Below, piece after piece: positions 20,766 to 32,746 of a DNA stretch of 64,000 nt. This DNA comes from an uncultured Verrucomicrobiae bacterium. Lineage in GTDB: Bacteria > Verrucomicrobiota > Verrucomicrobiia > Chthoniobacterales > UBA10450. Positions within the stretch are counted from its first letter, which is position 1. Every line of letters starts with the position of its first letter. Below the pieces are notes generated by a model that did no database searches, was not told the DNA's origin, and worked only from the letters and a program-made list of their open reading frames with translations. Made by a program: the position numbers and the translations under genes. Where the stretch lies: assembly GCA_963726745.1 (NCBI GenBank), contig CAVSDR010000006.1, positions 32,001 to 96,000 of the forward strand, written 5' to 3'.

Positions 20766-21159
20766 GCCGCGCGGCTGGCGCAATCCCTGGGTGCAGGTCG
20801 CCGTCAGCACTTTGTGCGTGACCGTCTCTGAGCTCTTCCAAAAGCGCGGGGCCGACGCCACGATCCACCTTTCGCCCGCGTGGGGCTGGACCGGCCTAAC
20901 GACTCTGGCCTCGCCGCTTGTCTGGCTCGGAATGCTCTTCACCATCCTCAGCTTTCTCACCTGGCTTTACGCGCTGAAATACCTCCCGCTCTCGGTCGCC
21001 TTTCCGGCTTCGCAGGCGGTCCACGTGCTCATCCCGATCAGCAGCTGGCTTGTCCTTGGCGAAATGATCACGCCGCTCCGCTGGGCCGGGATCACGCTGG
21101 TGCTTCTCGGGCTCGCGCTGGTCGCGCGCCCGGTCGCGGAGTTGGAGGAAAAACTGTGA
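20749..21159 (+). CDS. Small DMT/EamA-family membrane protein (ArnE/F-like)
   Basis: About 136 aa with four hydrophobic segments; LPLSVAFP, LGEMITPLRWAGI. Confidence 0.8.
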   Translation: MPTNSKPRGWRNPWVQVAVSTLCVTVSELFQKRGADATIHLSPAWGWTGLTTLASPLVWLGMLFTILSFLTWLYALKYLPLSVAFPASQAVHVLIPISSWLVLGEMITPLRWAGITLVLLGLALVARPVAELEEKL

Positions 21160-21500
21160 CGCCTTTCATCCTTCTGCTCATCGTCATCTCGCTGGCTACT
21201 TTTGTGGCCGGCCAGCTTTTGCTGAAGCATGCGATGGAATCTTCCACTGCGGGCGAGTCCGGGCGCCGCACCTTCCGCGTCTACCTCTTCGCCGGCACCG
21301 CGACGATGGCGATCTCATATTTCCTTAACCTCGGCCTGCTCCAGCAGCTCGACTTAAGCTACCTTTACCCGTTCCAAGGCCTGAGCGTGATCTTCATCAG
21401 CGCCGCCGCCGCGATCATCCTGCGCGAAAAGCTCACGCCGCGCCTGATCTTTGGTTCGCTCCTGATCACCGCCGGCGTGGTCCTGGTCTCAATCAGCTAA
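21156..21500 (+). CDS. Small DMT/EamA-family membrane protein (ArnE/F-like)
   Basis: GTGA overlap with the previous gene; GQLLLKH, LDLSYLYP, LREKLT. Confidence 0.8.
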   Translation: MTPFILLLIVISLATFVAGQLLLKHAMESSTAGESGRRTFRVYLFAGTATMAISYFLNLGLLQQLDLSYLYPFQGLSVIFISAAAAIILREKLTPRLIFGSLLITAGVVLVSIS

Positions 21501-22350
21501 GAGCGGCCAGAGCCGCGTGAGCGCCGCGCGATTGATCTCCGCCGCGCGCTCCAGGAGAGGCTGCGCGATCTTCGGGTGATCCAACTCGGAGACAAAGCGC
21601 TGCTTCAGCCGCGCATACTTCGGCGGCGAATGGGCGCCGCAGACATCGCCGCCCACGATCCGCGCCGCGCCGCGCAATTGCTCCAGCGCCCAAGCCACGT
21701 CCTCTACCGAAAAGCGCCCGTTCTCCCAGTTCGTCACCGCCTCGCCGACGCGCAGGCAATCGAGGTCGATCGTCACATAAATCGCTGCGCCAGCCAGCTG
21801 CCTAACGAACGCTTCAAACTGCGCGCGCCAGTTCTCCGCGCGCATCGCTCCCCGGCGTCCCTGTTGTTTCGCCGGGCGCTGGTCGACCCAGATGTGCAGG
21901 TCGATTTTGCCGGCGGTTTCCGCGCGGCGATTGCCGAAGAACTGCCCGGGCCACCAGACCTCGAAGTTCCCGCAGCCCCAGACGCTGGCCTGGCGCACCT
22001 GCGGGAGCTCGAGCGCACGATTGATCCAGCCGCCGCAGCCCCAGCGCGGCGGACGAACGTCCCAGTCCGGGTGATTATCGAACGAAATCAAGTGCACCGG
22101 CTCCGCGACCCGTCGCAGCCAAAGCCCGCTCAGGTGATGGAAATCGCCCGAGCCATAGAGCGTGAAAGCGCCCAGCTGCGGGAGCATCTCGCTGGCAAAT
22201 TCCTCGACCAAACGCGTGGGCGCGGAGAAGCGCAGCGGCGGTCCCCACCGGCGCGCGTCGAGCACCGGCAAACCGAGCACGCCGGACTCCCAGGCATCGT
22301 CGAGCTGAAGGTGAAACGCCGCGGCCAAGCCCGGAGTTTCGCCACGATCG
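21489..22350 (-). CDS. Arginase/ureohydrolase family protein (start uncertain)
   Basis: GSGDFHHLS, FDNHPDW, TIDLDCL, TNWENG, GGDVCG metal-binding motifs. Confidence 0.75.
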
Positions 22351-22413
22351 TGCCCGCCGACAACCGCGATACGCGCAGCGCGGGGCCGTCTCGCGAATCT
22401 TGGACAGGGCGCG

Positions 22414-22881
22414 ATGAAATCGAGGGCAAAGAAGCGAGACGACCGGGATTTGTTTTGCAAAGTGCAGGACGTTTTTCGCGTCTTCGCGCGCCGCTCCTCC
22501 GACGTTCTCGGGACCGCCTGGTCCTTCGTCATCGCGATCGCGGTGATCGTGATCTGGGGCGTGACCGGTCATCTTTTCAACTACTCCGACACCTGGCAGC
22601 TGATCATCAACACCGGGACCACCATCGTCACGTTTCTGATGGTTTTCCTAATCCAGAACACGCAGAACCGCGACTCAAAGGCGGTCCATTTGAAACTCGA
22701 CGAGCTCATCCGCGTGGCCAGCGGCGCGCGCAACCATCTCGTCGATATCGAGCGCCTTTCCGACCAGGAACTGCAAAAGCTGCAGCAGGAATTCGAGCGC
22801 ATCGGCCGGCAGGCAGACCGCGCCAAGGCCGAGGTGAGCGAAGTGAAAAAAGCCGTGCGCCAGGTTGCAGCGGCTCGCTAG
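22414..22881 (+). CDS. Low-affinity iron permease family protein
   Basis: SDTWQLIINTGTTIVTFLMVFLIQNTQNRD...KLDELI. Confidence 0.9.
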   Translation: MKSRAKKRDDRDLFCKVQDVFRVFARRSSDVLGTAWSFVIAIAVIVIWGVTGHLFNYSDTWQLIINTGTTIVTFLMVFLIQNTQNRDSKAVHLKLDELIRVASGARNHLVDIERLSDQELQKLQQEFERIGRQADRAKAEVSEVKKAVRQVAAAR

Positions 22882-22890
22882 GCCGAAGAA

Positions 22891-23562
22891 TTAGCCGACA
22901 TCTTCCGCGCGTGCTTCCCCGGTGCGGATGAAAATCTTTCCGCTCGGGCAGAGCGCGAAAATCTCGCAGTGATGGCAATCCGGCTTGCGCGCAAAACAGC
23001 GTCGGCGTCCATGCCAGATGAGCCAGTGGCTCCACATTGTCCAATGTGCCCGCGGGACCAGCTTCATCAGGTCGGCCTCGATTTTCTCCGCGTCTTTTTG
23101 TTTCGTTAGGCGGAGGCGCTCGGAGAGCCGGGCGACATGCGTGTCCACGACCACGCCTTCGTCTTTCCCGAAAGCGTTGCCTAATACCACGTTCGCCGTT
23201 TTGCGCCCCACGCCGGGCAAGGCATGGAGCGCTTCCATCGAGTCCGGCACCTCGCCGCGGTGCTTTTCCACGAGCGCTTTCGCCGCCGCGATGATGCTCT
23301 TGGCTTTGCTCCGGAAGAAACCGGTCGAGCGGATCATGCTCTCGAGTTCATCGGGCGAAGCGGCAGCAAATTCCGCCGCCGACTGGTAGCGCTGAAAGAG
23401 CGCGGGCGTGACCAGGTTGACCCGCTTGTCGGTGCATTGCGCGGAGAGAATCGTCGCCACCAGGAGCTGCAGCGGCGTTTGAAAATCGAGTTCGCAATGC
23501 GCCGTGGGGTAAACTTTAGGCAGCACTTTCACCAGCTCTTGCACTCGTTCGCGCGCGGTCAT
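22891..23562 (-). CDS. nth: Endonuclease III
   Basis: LSAQCTD, HhH LPGVGRKTANVV, VDTH, C-x6-C-x2-C-x5-C 4Fe-4S motif. Confidence 0.95.
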   Translation of the reverse strand: MTARERVQELVKVLPKVYPTAHCELDFQTPLQLLVATILSAQCTDKRVNLVTPALFQRYQSAAEFAAASPDELESMIRSTGFFRSKAKSIIAAAKALVEKHRGEVPDSMEALHALPGVGRKTANVVLGNAFGKDEGVVVDTHVARLSERLRLTKQKDAEKIEADLMKLVPRAHWTMWSHWLIWHGRRRCFARKPDCHHCEIFALCPSGKIFIRTGEARAEDVG

Positions 23563-23888
23563 GAACGCCACCTTCCCTTTTTCTTCGGCCGGCGCACGCG
23601 CCCGAGGAAAACCGTTCCGCGCCGGATGACCCGCCGGGCCCAGGCGTATTCGCTCGCGAGAATTGCCAGCCCGATCGGGATGACGAGGATCGCCGGGCCC
23701 GGGAGCACGATCATGACGATGCCGAGCAGGATGATGGTGACGCCGAGAACCGAGTAGACCACCTTCCGCACCACCGGCATGCGATCGAGCCCGAGGCGTT
23801 CGTTCACCCGCTTCTGCCAGGCGCGCTTGCGCGAGGCGAAGGGATGGCGTCGGGGAGGTCGCGGCGATTCCGGCATTGCTGCCGTCAC
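23559..23888 (-). CDS. PGPGW-type small membrane protein
   Basis: GIVMIVLPGPAILVIPIGLAILASEYAWA. Confidence 0.8.
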   Translation of the reverse strand: MTAAMPESPRPPRRHPFASRKRAWQKRVNERLGLDRMPVVRKVVYSVLGVTIILLGIVMIVLPGPAILVIPIGLAILASEYAWARRVIRRGTVFLGRVRRPKKKGRWRS

Positions 23889-25156
23889 TTTACCGCGAAG
23901 GGCGAAAGTTTCTGCTCCAACTGTGGCGGCAGATGCGCCACCAGGATGGTGCTCTCGCCTTCGTAGCGCTGCTCGAGCACGCGGCCGACGCGATGAACCT
24001 CCGCGATCAGCCCCTGCTCGCTCATGGGAATGCGAAAGCGCAGGTTAAGATGCCACGAGGAGACGGCGTCCTGCAGCGCTTGCACGAGTGCGCCCACGCC
24101 CGCCCCGGTGCGCGCGGAAATACCGACGCTGTGCGGATGGCGCGCACGGATCGAGTCGACGATTTCAGGATTGGGGAGCGCGTCGATTTTGTTGAAGACG
24201 AGCAGCGTTTGCTTGCCGAAGGCGCCGAGCTCCTTGGTCACTTCGTTGACCGCCTCGATGTGCTCGTCGACCCGCGGATGGCTCAGGTCGATCACGTGGA
24301 TCAAGAGATCGGCCTCGCTCACTTCCTCGAGCGTGGCCTTGAAGCTCTCGATCAATTGATGCGGCAACTTGCGCAAGAATCCGACGGTATCGGTCAGGAG
24401 CATGCGCTGTTTGTTAGGCAGGGTGAAGGCGCGCGTGGTCGGGTCGAGCGTGGCGAACAATCGATCCGCCGCGAGTACGTCGGCGCCGGTGAGGAGATTT
24501 AAGAGTGTGGATTTGCCGGCGTTGGTGTAGCCGACAACCGCAGCCACGGGCCACTGGTGGCGCCGCCGGCCTTCGCGCTGGGTCGCGCGGACTTTGCGCA
24601 CGGTCTCGAGCTCGCGCTCGAGCCGCGCGATTCGCTCCTGCACCCGGCGCCGGTCGACTTCGAGCTGCGTCTCCCCCGGGCCACGCGTGCCGATGCCGCC
24701 GGTCTGGCGCGAGAGATGAGTCCACATGCGCGTGAGCCGCGGGAGCAGATAGTGCAATTGCGCGAGCTCGATCTGCAGGCGGCCTTCCCGGCTGCGCGCG
24801 CGTTGGGCGAAAATGTCGAGGATGAGCTGGGTGCGATCGAGCACTTTGCGGTTGAAGAGATGCTCGAGGTTGCGCCCCTGCGCCGGCGACAATTCGTTGT
24901 CAAAAATCACCGAGGTGACCTGCTGGTCCTGGAAGGATTGCTTGATCAGCTCGGCCTTCCCTTTGCCGATGTAATAGGGCGCGGTCGGCGATGGCAGCCG
25001 TTGCGTGACCGTGTCGACCACTTCCGCGCCGGCGGAGTTGACCAGCTCGCGCAATTCCTCCAGCGAATCGGCCAGTTCCCACTTCGAGGTGCCATCCTGC
25101 TCCAATCCCACGAGCAAGGCGCGCTCTGTTCGACGTGGCGCCTGGGTGTTAATCAT
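23885..25156 (-). CDS. hflX: GTPase HflX
   Basis: RGPGETQLE, GYTNAGKST, LFATLDPT, DTVGF, NKID. Confidence 0.96.
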   Translation of the reverse strand: MINTQAPRRTERALLVGLEQDGTSKWELADSLEELRELVNSAGAEVVDTVTQRLPSPTAPYYIGKGKAELIKQSFQDQQVTSVIFDNELSPAQGRNLEHLFNRKVLDRTQLILDIFAQRARSREGRLQIELAQLHYLLPRLTRMWTHLSRQTGGIGTRGPGETQLEVDRRRVQERIARLERELETVRKVRATQREGRRRHQWPVAAVVGYTNAGKSTLLNLLTGADVLAADRLFATLDPTTRAFTLPNKQRMLLTDTVGFLRKLPHQLIESFKATLEEVSEADLLIHVIDLSHPRVDEHIEAVNEVTKELGAFGKQTLLVFNKIDALPNPEIVDSIRARHPHSVGISARTGAGVGALVQALQDAVSSWHLNLRFRIPMSEQGLIAEVHRVGRVLEQRYEGESTILVAHLPPQLEQKLSPFAVK

Positions 25157-26059
25157 CCGCCAGGAGCGAAGGAAGAACGGGCCCGCCGCGCGACAGAGGC
25201 GACGCTTTCGGAGAACGATTGGCCGGTTAGATTCAGCGGCTCAAAAGTACTTTGGCCGCGAAACCAGGTCAATTGCCTTTTGGCATACCGCCGGGTCGCC
25301 TGCTGGATCTCGGCGATGCACTCCGCCTCGGAAATTTTGCCAGCGAGATGCGCACGGATTTGCTCGAGCCCGAGCATCTTCGCGGCGGTCGGGCCGGGAA
25401 CGCCGGCCGCGCGGACTTCGTCGACCACGCCGCTGGGCAAAGATCGACTCGACCCGCTGGTCGATCCGTTCGCGTAACTCTTCGCGCTCGCGCAGGAGGA
25501 GGACGCCGCAGGCCTCCACGGTTTCGCCCGTGGGAGGGGTGCGCGCGGCGGCCAGCGGAGCATTCGTTAGGCGGCAAATCTCGAGCGCCCGGAGGAGGCG
25601 ATGCGGGTTGTGCCGATCGATCGTCGCCGCGCCTGCGGGATCGAGTGCCGCGAGCTGCGCGTGCAATTGCTCCGTACTCAAGCTCTGCAATTCCGCGCGC
25701 AGGGCGGGATCGGCCGGCGGCATGGGCGAGAGCCCATGCGTGAGCGCTTTCACGTAGAGGCCGTTGCCGCCAACAACGAAGGCCGGCTTCCCGCGCGCGT
25801 TGATTTCCCCGATCGCCGCGAGCGCGCGCCCGCGCCATGCCTCGACATTCATTTCCATCGCCAGCGGGAAACAGCCGACAAGATGATGCCGCACGCGGGC
25901 AAGCAGGTGCGGCTCGGGCTTGGCCGTGAGCAGGTCGAGCCCGGCGTAAAGCTGGAAGGCGTCGGCGCTCACGATCTCGCCGTCTAATTCCGCCGCTACT
26001 TCCGCGGCGAGCTCGGATTTCCCGGAAGCGGTCGGCCCGACGATGAAGAAGGCGCGCAT
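25153..26059 (-). CDS. miaA: tRNA dimethylallyltransferase; apparent frameshift near 25437
   Basis: GPTASGKS, EIVSAD, TAKP, VGGNGLY; ATRRYAKRQLTWFR in ORF 25153-25563. Confidence 0.92.
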
Positions 26060-26073
26060 CCTGTTGCCTAACG

Positions 26074-26119
26074 AAACAAAAACGGGAGACCAGCAGCTCG
26101 CGCCGCCTGGTCTCCCGTT
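26074..26119 (-). terminator. Rho-independent terminator after the RRM gene
   Basis: Stem AACGGGAGACCAG (26081-26093)/CTGGTCTCCCGTT (26107-26119), followed by TTTGTTT on the minus strand. Confidence 0.75.
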
Positions 26120-26144
26120 CCGTAAAACAAACTCGAGCGTTTCC

Positions 26145-26717
26145 CTAGCTGACCGTTTCGTGCTCGGTCGACTTCGCGCCGCTCACGAGGAGCTTGCGGC
26201 CGAGGAATTCCTTGTCGTGCAACTCGGTGACGGCGCGCTTGGCTTCGTCGACCGTGTTCATCTGCACGAAGGCAAAACCCTTCGAGCGCTGGTTGTGCTT
26301 GTAGGTCACGACCTCGGCGTTCTGCACCTGGCCGACGCCATTGAAGAGCTCGAAGAGGTCGCTCTCGGTGGCCTCGAAGGAGAGGTTACCGACATAAAGA
26401 CGCGGCGAAGTGACCTCAACCTGCTCCGGCTTGCGCGAGCTGGGAGCGTTCTCTCGATCGCGCGTCCGTGCGGGGGCGGCGGAGGGAGCGGTCGCGGTGG
26501 ACGCACCATTCCGGGCTGCCGCCGGGGCCGGGCGACGGGGGGACGTTTTCGCGCCGCCGCCGGTGAAGAAGCTGACGATTTTATCCCAAAGGGACTGCTT
26601 TGCCGGCGACTTCGCCGTGGTGGTGGATTTGGGCCGGTAAGGACGGTCGTCGTCCCGGCGACGGGAGCGGCCACCGCGCGAGCGGCGTCCATTTCTCCCA
26701 GATGATTGCGTTGCCAT
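26145..26717 (-). CDS. RNA-binding protein (C-terminal RRM, basic disordered N-terminus)
   Basis: RNP2 LYVGNL and RNP1 KGFAFVQM. Confidence 0.9.
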   Translation of the reverse strand: MATQSSGRNGRRSRGGRSRRRDDDRPYRPKSTTTAKSPAKQSLWDKIVSFFTGGGAKTSPRRPAPAAARNGASTATAPSAAPARTRDRENAPSSRKPEQVEVTSPRLYVGNLSFEATESDLFELFNGVGQVQNAEVVTYKHNQRSKGFAFVQMNTVDEAKRAVTELHDKEFLGRKLLVSGAKSTEHETVS

Positions 26718-26849
26718 ATAGAACCTCAGTGATGACTGAATTAATGTTTGGGCGGAGCGCATCGCGTGATGCCCGGTCCCCAGCGCTGCGATCCCGCGGG
26801 ATCGATGCAAGTCGCACATGTGCAGTTTGCCTGGCTAATGGGAACTCCG

Positions 26850-27015
26850 CCTCGTCAAGACGTCGCAAGCTGATCCGAATGAATTGCCGTACCGCCTGAG
26901 TGACCCGACGACTCGGAAGAGCTGCGACAGCACGCAGACACATCTCCCAAACCCTCACTCGGAGTGAAAAGCGGAGGGCCGGGTATTCGAAAAATACTCC
27001 CGACATCTGACGAGG
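26850..27015 (-). ncRNA. Candidate structured RNA, long irregular rod with internal loops (6S RNA-like, or 5' leader of the RRM gene)
   Basis: Nested complementary segments: 27001-27015/26850-26865, 26985-26989/26876-26880, 26971-26974/26892-26895, 26955-26960/26898-26903, apical 26933-26937/26922-26926. G-U pairs favour the minus strand. Confidence 0.5.
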
Positions 27016-27043
27016 ATTATGGAGGATGTGGGCGCTTTTGCAA
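27016..27043 (-). promoter_or_regulatory. Sigma70-like promoter for the structured RNA/RRM gene
   Basis: TTGCAA-N16-CATAAT on the minus strand. Confidence 0.55.
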
Positions 27044-27120
27044 CCGGTATAACGAGCGGTCCACCCGGCGGATTCTGCGTCCCTACCAACTTGCCGCCTC
27101 TCTGCTAGAGTGCGCGCCTG

Positions 27121-28790
<1,670 letters not shown>

Positions 28791-28794
<4 letters not shown>

Positions 28795-30119
28795 GCCGGC
28801 AGGAGCGCGAGCGCGCGGTCGAGGCGCGCGAGGACTTTCTCGCGGCCGAGCACTTCCAGCAGGTGATAGAGGCTTGGGCCGGCGTTGCTCCCGGTCACCG
28901 CGAGGCGCGCAGGGTGCACCAGCGCGCCCACTTTCACGCCCAGGCTGGTAGCGATGGTTTTGAAACAAGTTTCGAGCGAGAGCGCATCGAAATGTTCGGT
29001 CTCGTCGAGTGCCTCGCGCAGCACGGTCAGCGGCTGGCGATTGGCCGGGACGAAATGCTTCGCCACGCCGTCGAGGTTGTAGGCAAAATCGTCATTGAAA
29101 TAGAAGCCGCCGTAAGCTGGCAGCTCGGCAAAGGTGCGCACCTTGCCTTTGCAGGTCTCGAGCGCCGCTTCCACATAGGCAGGCGCGAACGGCGCCAGAT
29201 CCACCCCGGCCCGGGCAAAGGCCGCGCGCGCCTCCGCTTGGAAGCGCTCCCCGGAGACTTCACGCAAATATTCGCCGTTCAGCCAGGTGCATTTCTCGAG
29301 GTCGAAGTGCGCGTTCTTGCGGTTGATGTTCTCGAGTTCGAAGAGCCCGACGACTTCCTCGAGCGCCAATTTCTCGCGGTCGTCCTTGGGCGACCAGCCG
29401 AGGAGGCAGAGATAATTCCGCACCGCTTCCGGCAAGTAGCCGCCCTCGATGTAGCTGGCTAAACTCGCGCCGGTGTCGCGCTTGCTCATCTTCGAGCCGT
29501 CCTGGTTCAGGATCAGCGGGATGTGCGCGAAGCGCGGCGGCTCCGCCCCGAGCGCGCGGTAGAGCTCGATGTGCTTCGGCGTGTTCGAGAGATGATCCTC
29601 GCCGCGGATGACGTGGCTCACCTTCATCTCGATGTCGTCGACCACGTTGACGAAATGGAAAATCCACGAGCCATCGGGCCGGCGAATGGTCATGTCCGGG
29701 TGCGTCTCCGGATTGGTCAGGTCGAAGTCGATCCGGCCGCAGACGAGATCGTCCACCACCACGTGCTCGCGCGGCGAACGGAAACGGGTCGCGCCGTTGT
29801 CCTCATAGAGATAACCAGCGTCCTGCAGCCGCTGCAGATGTTGCTGGTAAATCCCATCGCGCTGGCTCTGGAAATACGGCCCGCAATCGCCGCCGGCCTG
29901 CGGGCCTTCGTCCCAATCCAGCCCGAGCCAGCGCAGCCCGTCGTAGATCGCGGCCGCGGCTTCCTCGGTGTTGCGCGCCTTATCCGTGTCCTCCACCCGC
30001 AGGATGAAAGTGCCGCCGGTATGCCGTGCGTAGAGCCAATTAAAGAGCGCGGTGCGCGCGCCGCCGATGTGCAGATAACCAGTGGGCGAGGGAGCGAAGC
30101 GGACGCGGATGGGATTCAT
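28791..30119 (-). CDS. gltX: Glutamate--tRNA ligase
   Basis: RFAPSPTGYLHIGG, HVIRGEDH, KMSKR. Confidence 0.97.
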
Positions 30120-30151
30120 GCGGCCCCTACCTTACCCGGACCGCTGACGGT

Positions 30152-31651
30152 TTAAAGCGGTGCCAGCGGCGACTCCGCCGGGCCGCCGATGACTTCGCCG
30201 GTCGGCTGGAAACGCGAGCCATGGCAGGGGCAATCCCAAGTCGTCTCGGCGGTGTTCCAGCGGACGATACAGCCCATATGCGGGCAGACCGCGGAGCGCT
30301 TGATCACCTTGCCTTCCGGCGTGCGATAGGCGGCAACCTTGCCGCTCTCGAGCTTGAGGATTTTCCCCTCGCCCGGCTTGAGCGCACGGACGGAGCTGCC
30401 CTCAGCGCGCGCGAAGTAACCTTTGATCAGGTGCAGCGGGTAATCCTTGTTCTCGAGCAGGTAGGTCCAGGCGCTGCCTTTGAGTTTCTTGCGCCCGGGC
30501 GCGAACAATTCCTGCCACGGATTTTTCGCACCCGTGACCCAATCCCGCGCCATCAATCCGCTGATTGTTCCAAAGGTCATGCCGTTGCCGGCGAAACCGG
30601 TGGCGATGAACTGCCGCTCCTCGTTCGGTCCGATATACGGAAGGCCGTCGGTGGTATCGATCACCTGGCCCGACCAGCGGAAGTCGATCTCCGCGCCGGG
30701 GAAAAGCTCACGGAATTCCTTCTCGAGCGCGCGGAAACGCGGCTCGGTTTTCCGCACCTGGCCAGTCTTGTGATCCTGCCCGCCCAGGATCGCGTAGTCG
30801 CCGCGCGCGCCTTCGTGGATCCGCAGATAGCTGTAGGGATCTTTCGTGTCCCAATAGGAAGCGATCGGCGCCGTCCCGCGCTTTAACGGCGCGCCCACGG
30901 CGTAGCTCGTGTAGAGCATCAGCTTCGTCTGGAAAAGCGCGGAGCCGGCCATCCCGCTCTCGCCCATGAGCGGATTGTGCGTCGCCAAAATCACGCGGTC
31001 GTACTTGATCTTCCGGCCATTCGCAGTTGCGACATGCTTCTCCGCGTCGAACTCCTCCACCTCGGTCTGTTCGAAGATCTGCGCCTTCATCGCCTGCGCC
31101 AGCCCCGCATAGTAGCGCCCCGCGTGGAACAGCGCCTGATCGGCGACGCGCACCCCGGGCTGTCCCATCAACGGCGTGGCCTCGACATAGGTGGCGTCAA
31201 AACCGAGTTCGTTCGCCAGGGCTGCGTCTTTCCGCAGGCTCGGCCGCTCGTCGCGCGTGCCACCATTGCGCGGCGCGTGCAGATAGCCGGGCACGCGCTG
31301 GAATTGGCACTCGAGCGCCTCCTTGCCCACGATCGCTTCGATCAAGTCGATCGCCGTCATCCCCGCATCCCAGGCAAGCCGCGCCGCGTCGCGTCCGAAA
31401 TTTTTCGCCAGCTCGTGCAGCCGGGTATCGGTCACGCAGGTCAGATGCGCGGTTGTGTGCCCGCTGTCGTGCGTCGCCAGGCGGTCGCGCTCCAGCAACG
31501 CCACCTTCAGGCCTTCTTCCGCGAGCAGGTAGGCACTCGTTAGGCCGGTGATTCCGCCGCCGACCACGAGCACGTCCACTTCGAGGTCTTTCTGCAGCGC
31601 CGGGAATTTTTTGAACTTCGCGGTCTCCAACCAATAGGGCGTCGTGTCCAT
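30152..31651 (-). CDS. FAD-dependent oxidoreductase with C-terminal Rieske domain (YhfW-like)
   Basis: GGGITG, GFAGNGMT, CPHMGC...WDCPCHGSRF. Confidence 0.92.
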   Translation of the reverse strand: MDTTPYWLETAKFKKFPALQKDLEVDVLVVGGGITGLTSAYLLAEEGLKVALLERDRLATHDSGHTTAHLTCVTDTRLHELAKNFGRDAARLAWDAGMTAIDLIEAIVGKEALECQFQRVPGYLHAPRNGGTRDERPSLRKDAALANELGFDATYVEATPLMGQPGVRVADQALFHAGRYYAGLAQAMKAQIFEQTEVEEFDAEKHVATANGRKIKYDRVILATHNPLMGESGMAGSALFQTKLMLYTSYAVGAPLKRGTAPIASYWDTKDPYSYLRIHEGARGDYAILGGQDHKTGQVRKTEPRFRALEKEFRELFPGAEIDFRWSGQVIDTTDGLPYIGPNEERQFIATGFAGNGMTFGTISGLMARDWVTGAKNPWQELFAPGRKKLKGSAWTYLLENKDYPLHLIKGYFARAEGSSVRALKPGEGKILKLESGKVAAYRTPEGKVIKRSAVCPHMGCIVRWNTAETTWDCPCHGSRFQPTGEVIGGPAESPLAPL

Positions 31652-31660
31652 CTTTTCTCA

Positions 31661-32650
31661 TTACGCGCCGGAAGCTTTTTCGCGCGTAGGCTTCTCCAGA
31701 AAAATCTTCCCCGCCCGCCGGCGCACGTGCCAGCCGCCGGCGAGATTGGTCTTCGCCGGCGACGCTCCCGCGAGCAGTGCCCGCACGCGCTCCACCGTGG
31801 AAAAATCCAGGCCGCCCACTCCCTCCGCGCGTAACCAGCCGAGGAGCAAACGCCGCTGCACCGCCGCCGGTTGGCCACGCAAGAAAGCGACGTCTAAATT
31901 TCCCGCGGCCATGGCCGGAAGCAGGCCGCCGATCCATTCCTCCTCGGCCGCGGCGATCGTCGCCGCGCGCCAAAGACTCTCGCGCACGGGCCGCCCGAGC
32001 TGCGCCTCGAGGTAGGGAATGATCTCGCGCCGCAGGCGGTTGCGCCGCGGGAGCAAGCTTTCGTTAGACCGATCCTCGCGGAACCGCAGCCCGTGCGCCG
32101 CGATGTAGGCGTCGATCTCACTCCGCCAGGTCCCGAGCAGCGGCCGCACGATTTCCAGGGTTTGGCGGCCGACCTTCTGCCGCGCGACCGCGCGCATCCC
32201 CCCGAGGCCCAGCGGACCGGCGCCGCGCAGGAGATTCATCAGGAAAGTCTCCGCGAGGTCGTCCGCGTGATGCGCCAGGAAAATTAGCCGGCACTTTCTC
32301 CTGCGCGCTACTTCCGCAAAAAACTCCTGCCGCGCCCCGCGCGCCGCGGTTTCCAGCGATTCCTTCCGCTCCGCGGCCCGTGCCCGCACGTCGATTGTGG
32401 CCGATTCGAACTCGCAGCCAAACTGAGCGGCCAGGCGCCCGACGAAACGCGCATCCGCCGCTGCGCTGCGGCCCCGCAGCCGATGATCGAGGTGGCAGAC
32501 GACAAGCTTGCCGTAACCGCGCGCGCGCAGCGCATGGAGCAGCGCCACGGAATCGCGCCCGCCGGAGACCCCGATGAGATACCGGCGCGCCGGCGGGTAT
32601 TCCGCGAGGATCGACGGCTCGCGCAGCAGCGGCGCATCCGGGGGCAACAT
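31661..32650 (-). CDS. tilS: tRNA(Ile)-lysidine synthetase
   Basis: SGGRDS, ETAAR, AHHADDLAET, RPLL, EDRSN, RNRLR. Confidence 0.93.
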   Translation of the reverse strand: MLPPDAPLLREPSILAEYPPARRYLIGVSGGRDSVALLHALRARGYGKLVVCHLDHRLRGRSAAADARFVGRLAAQFGCEFESATIDVRARAAERKESLETAARGARQEFFAEVARRRKCRLIFLAHHADDLAETFLMNLLRGAGPLGLGGMRAVARQKVGRQTLEIVRPLLGTWRSEIDAYIAAHGLRFREDRSNESLLPRRNRLRREIIPYLEAQLGRPVRESLWRAATIAAAEEEWIGGLLPAMAAGNLDVAFLRGQPAAVQRRLLLGWLRAEGVGGLDFSTVERVRALLAGASPAKTNLAGGWHVRRRAGKIFLEKPTREKASGA

Positions 32651-32707
32651 CGGAGCAGCAGGCCATCGCGCTTCCGCAGCGTCAAGCCACACGCGGCAAG
32701 ATGTTGG

Positions 32708-32732
32708 TTGACAATGAATGAACGTTCATTCA
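32708..32732 (+). promoter_or_regulatory. TTGACA -35 element and 18-bp palindromic operator, probably for the TetR autorepressor
   Basis: TTGACA (32708-32713), then the perfect palindrome TGAATGAAC|GTTCATTCA (32715-32732) just upstream of the TetR ATG. Confidence 0.8.
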
Positions 32733-32746
32733 CTTACCCCTCCCCC

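Noticed and set aside
25153..26059. miaA and other split genes as pseudogenes or programmed frameshifts
   Set aside because: Breaks are scattered across unrelated and housekeeping genes, with no shared slippery site and both halves intact. Sequencing error is more parsimonious.
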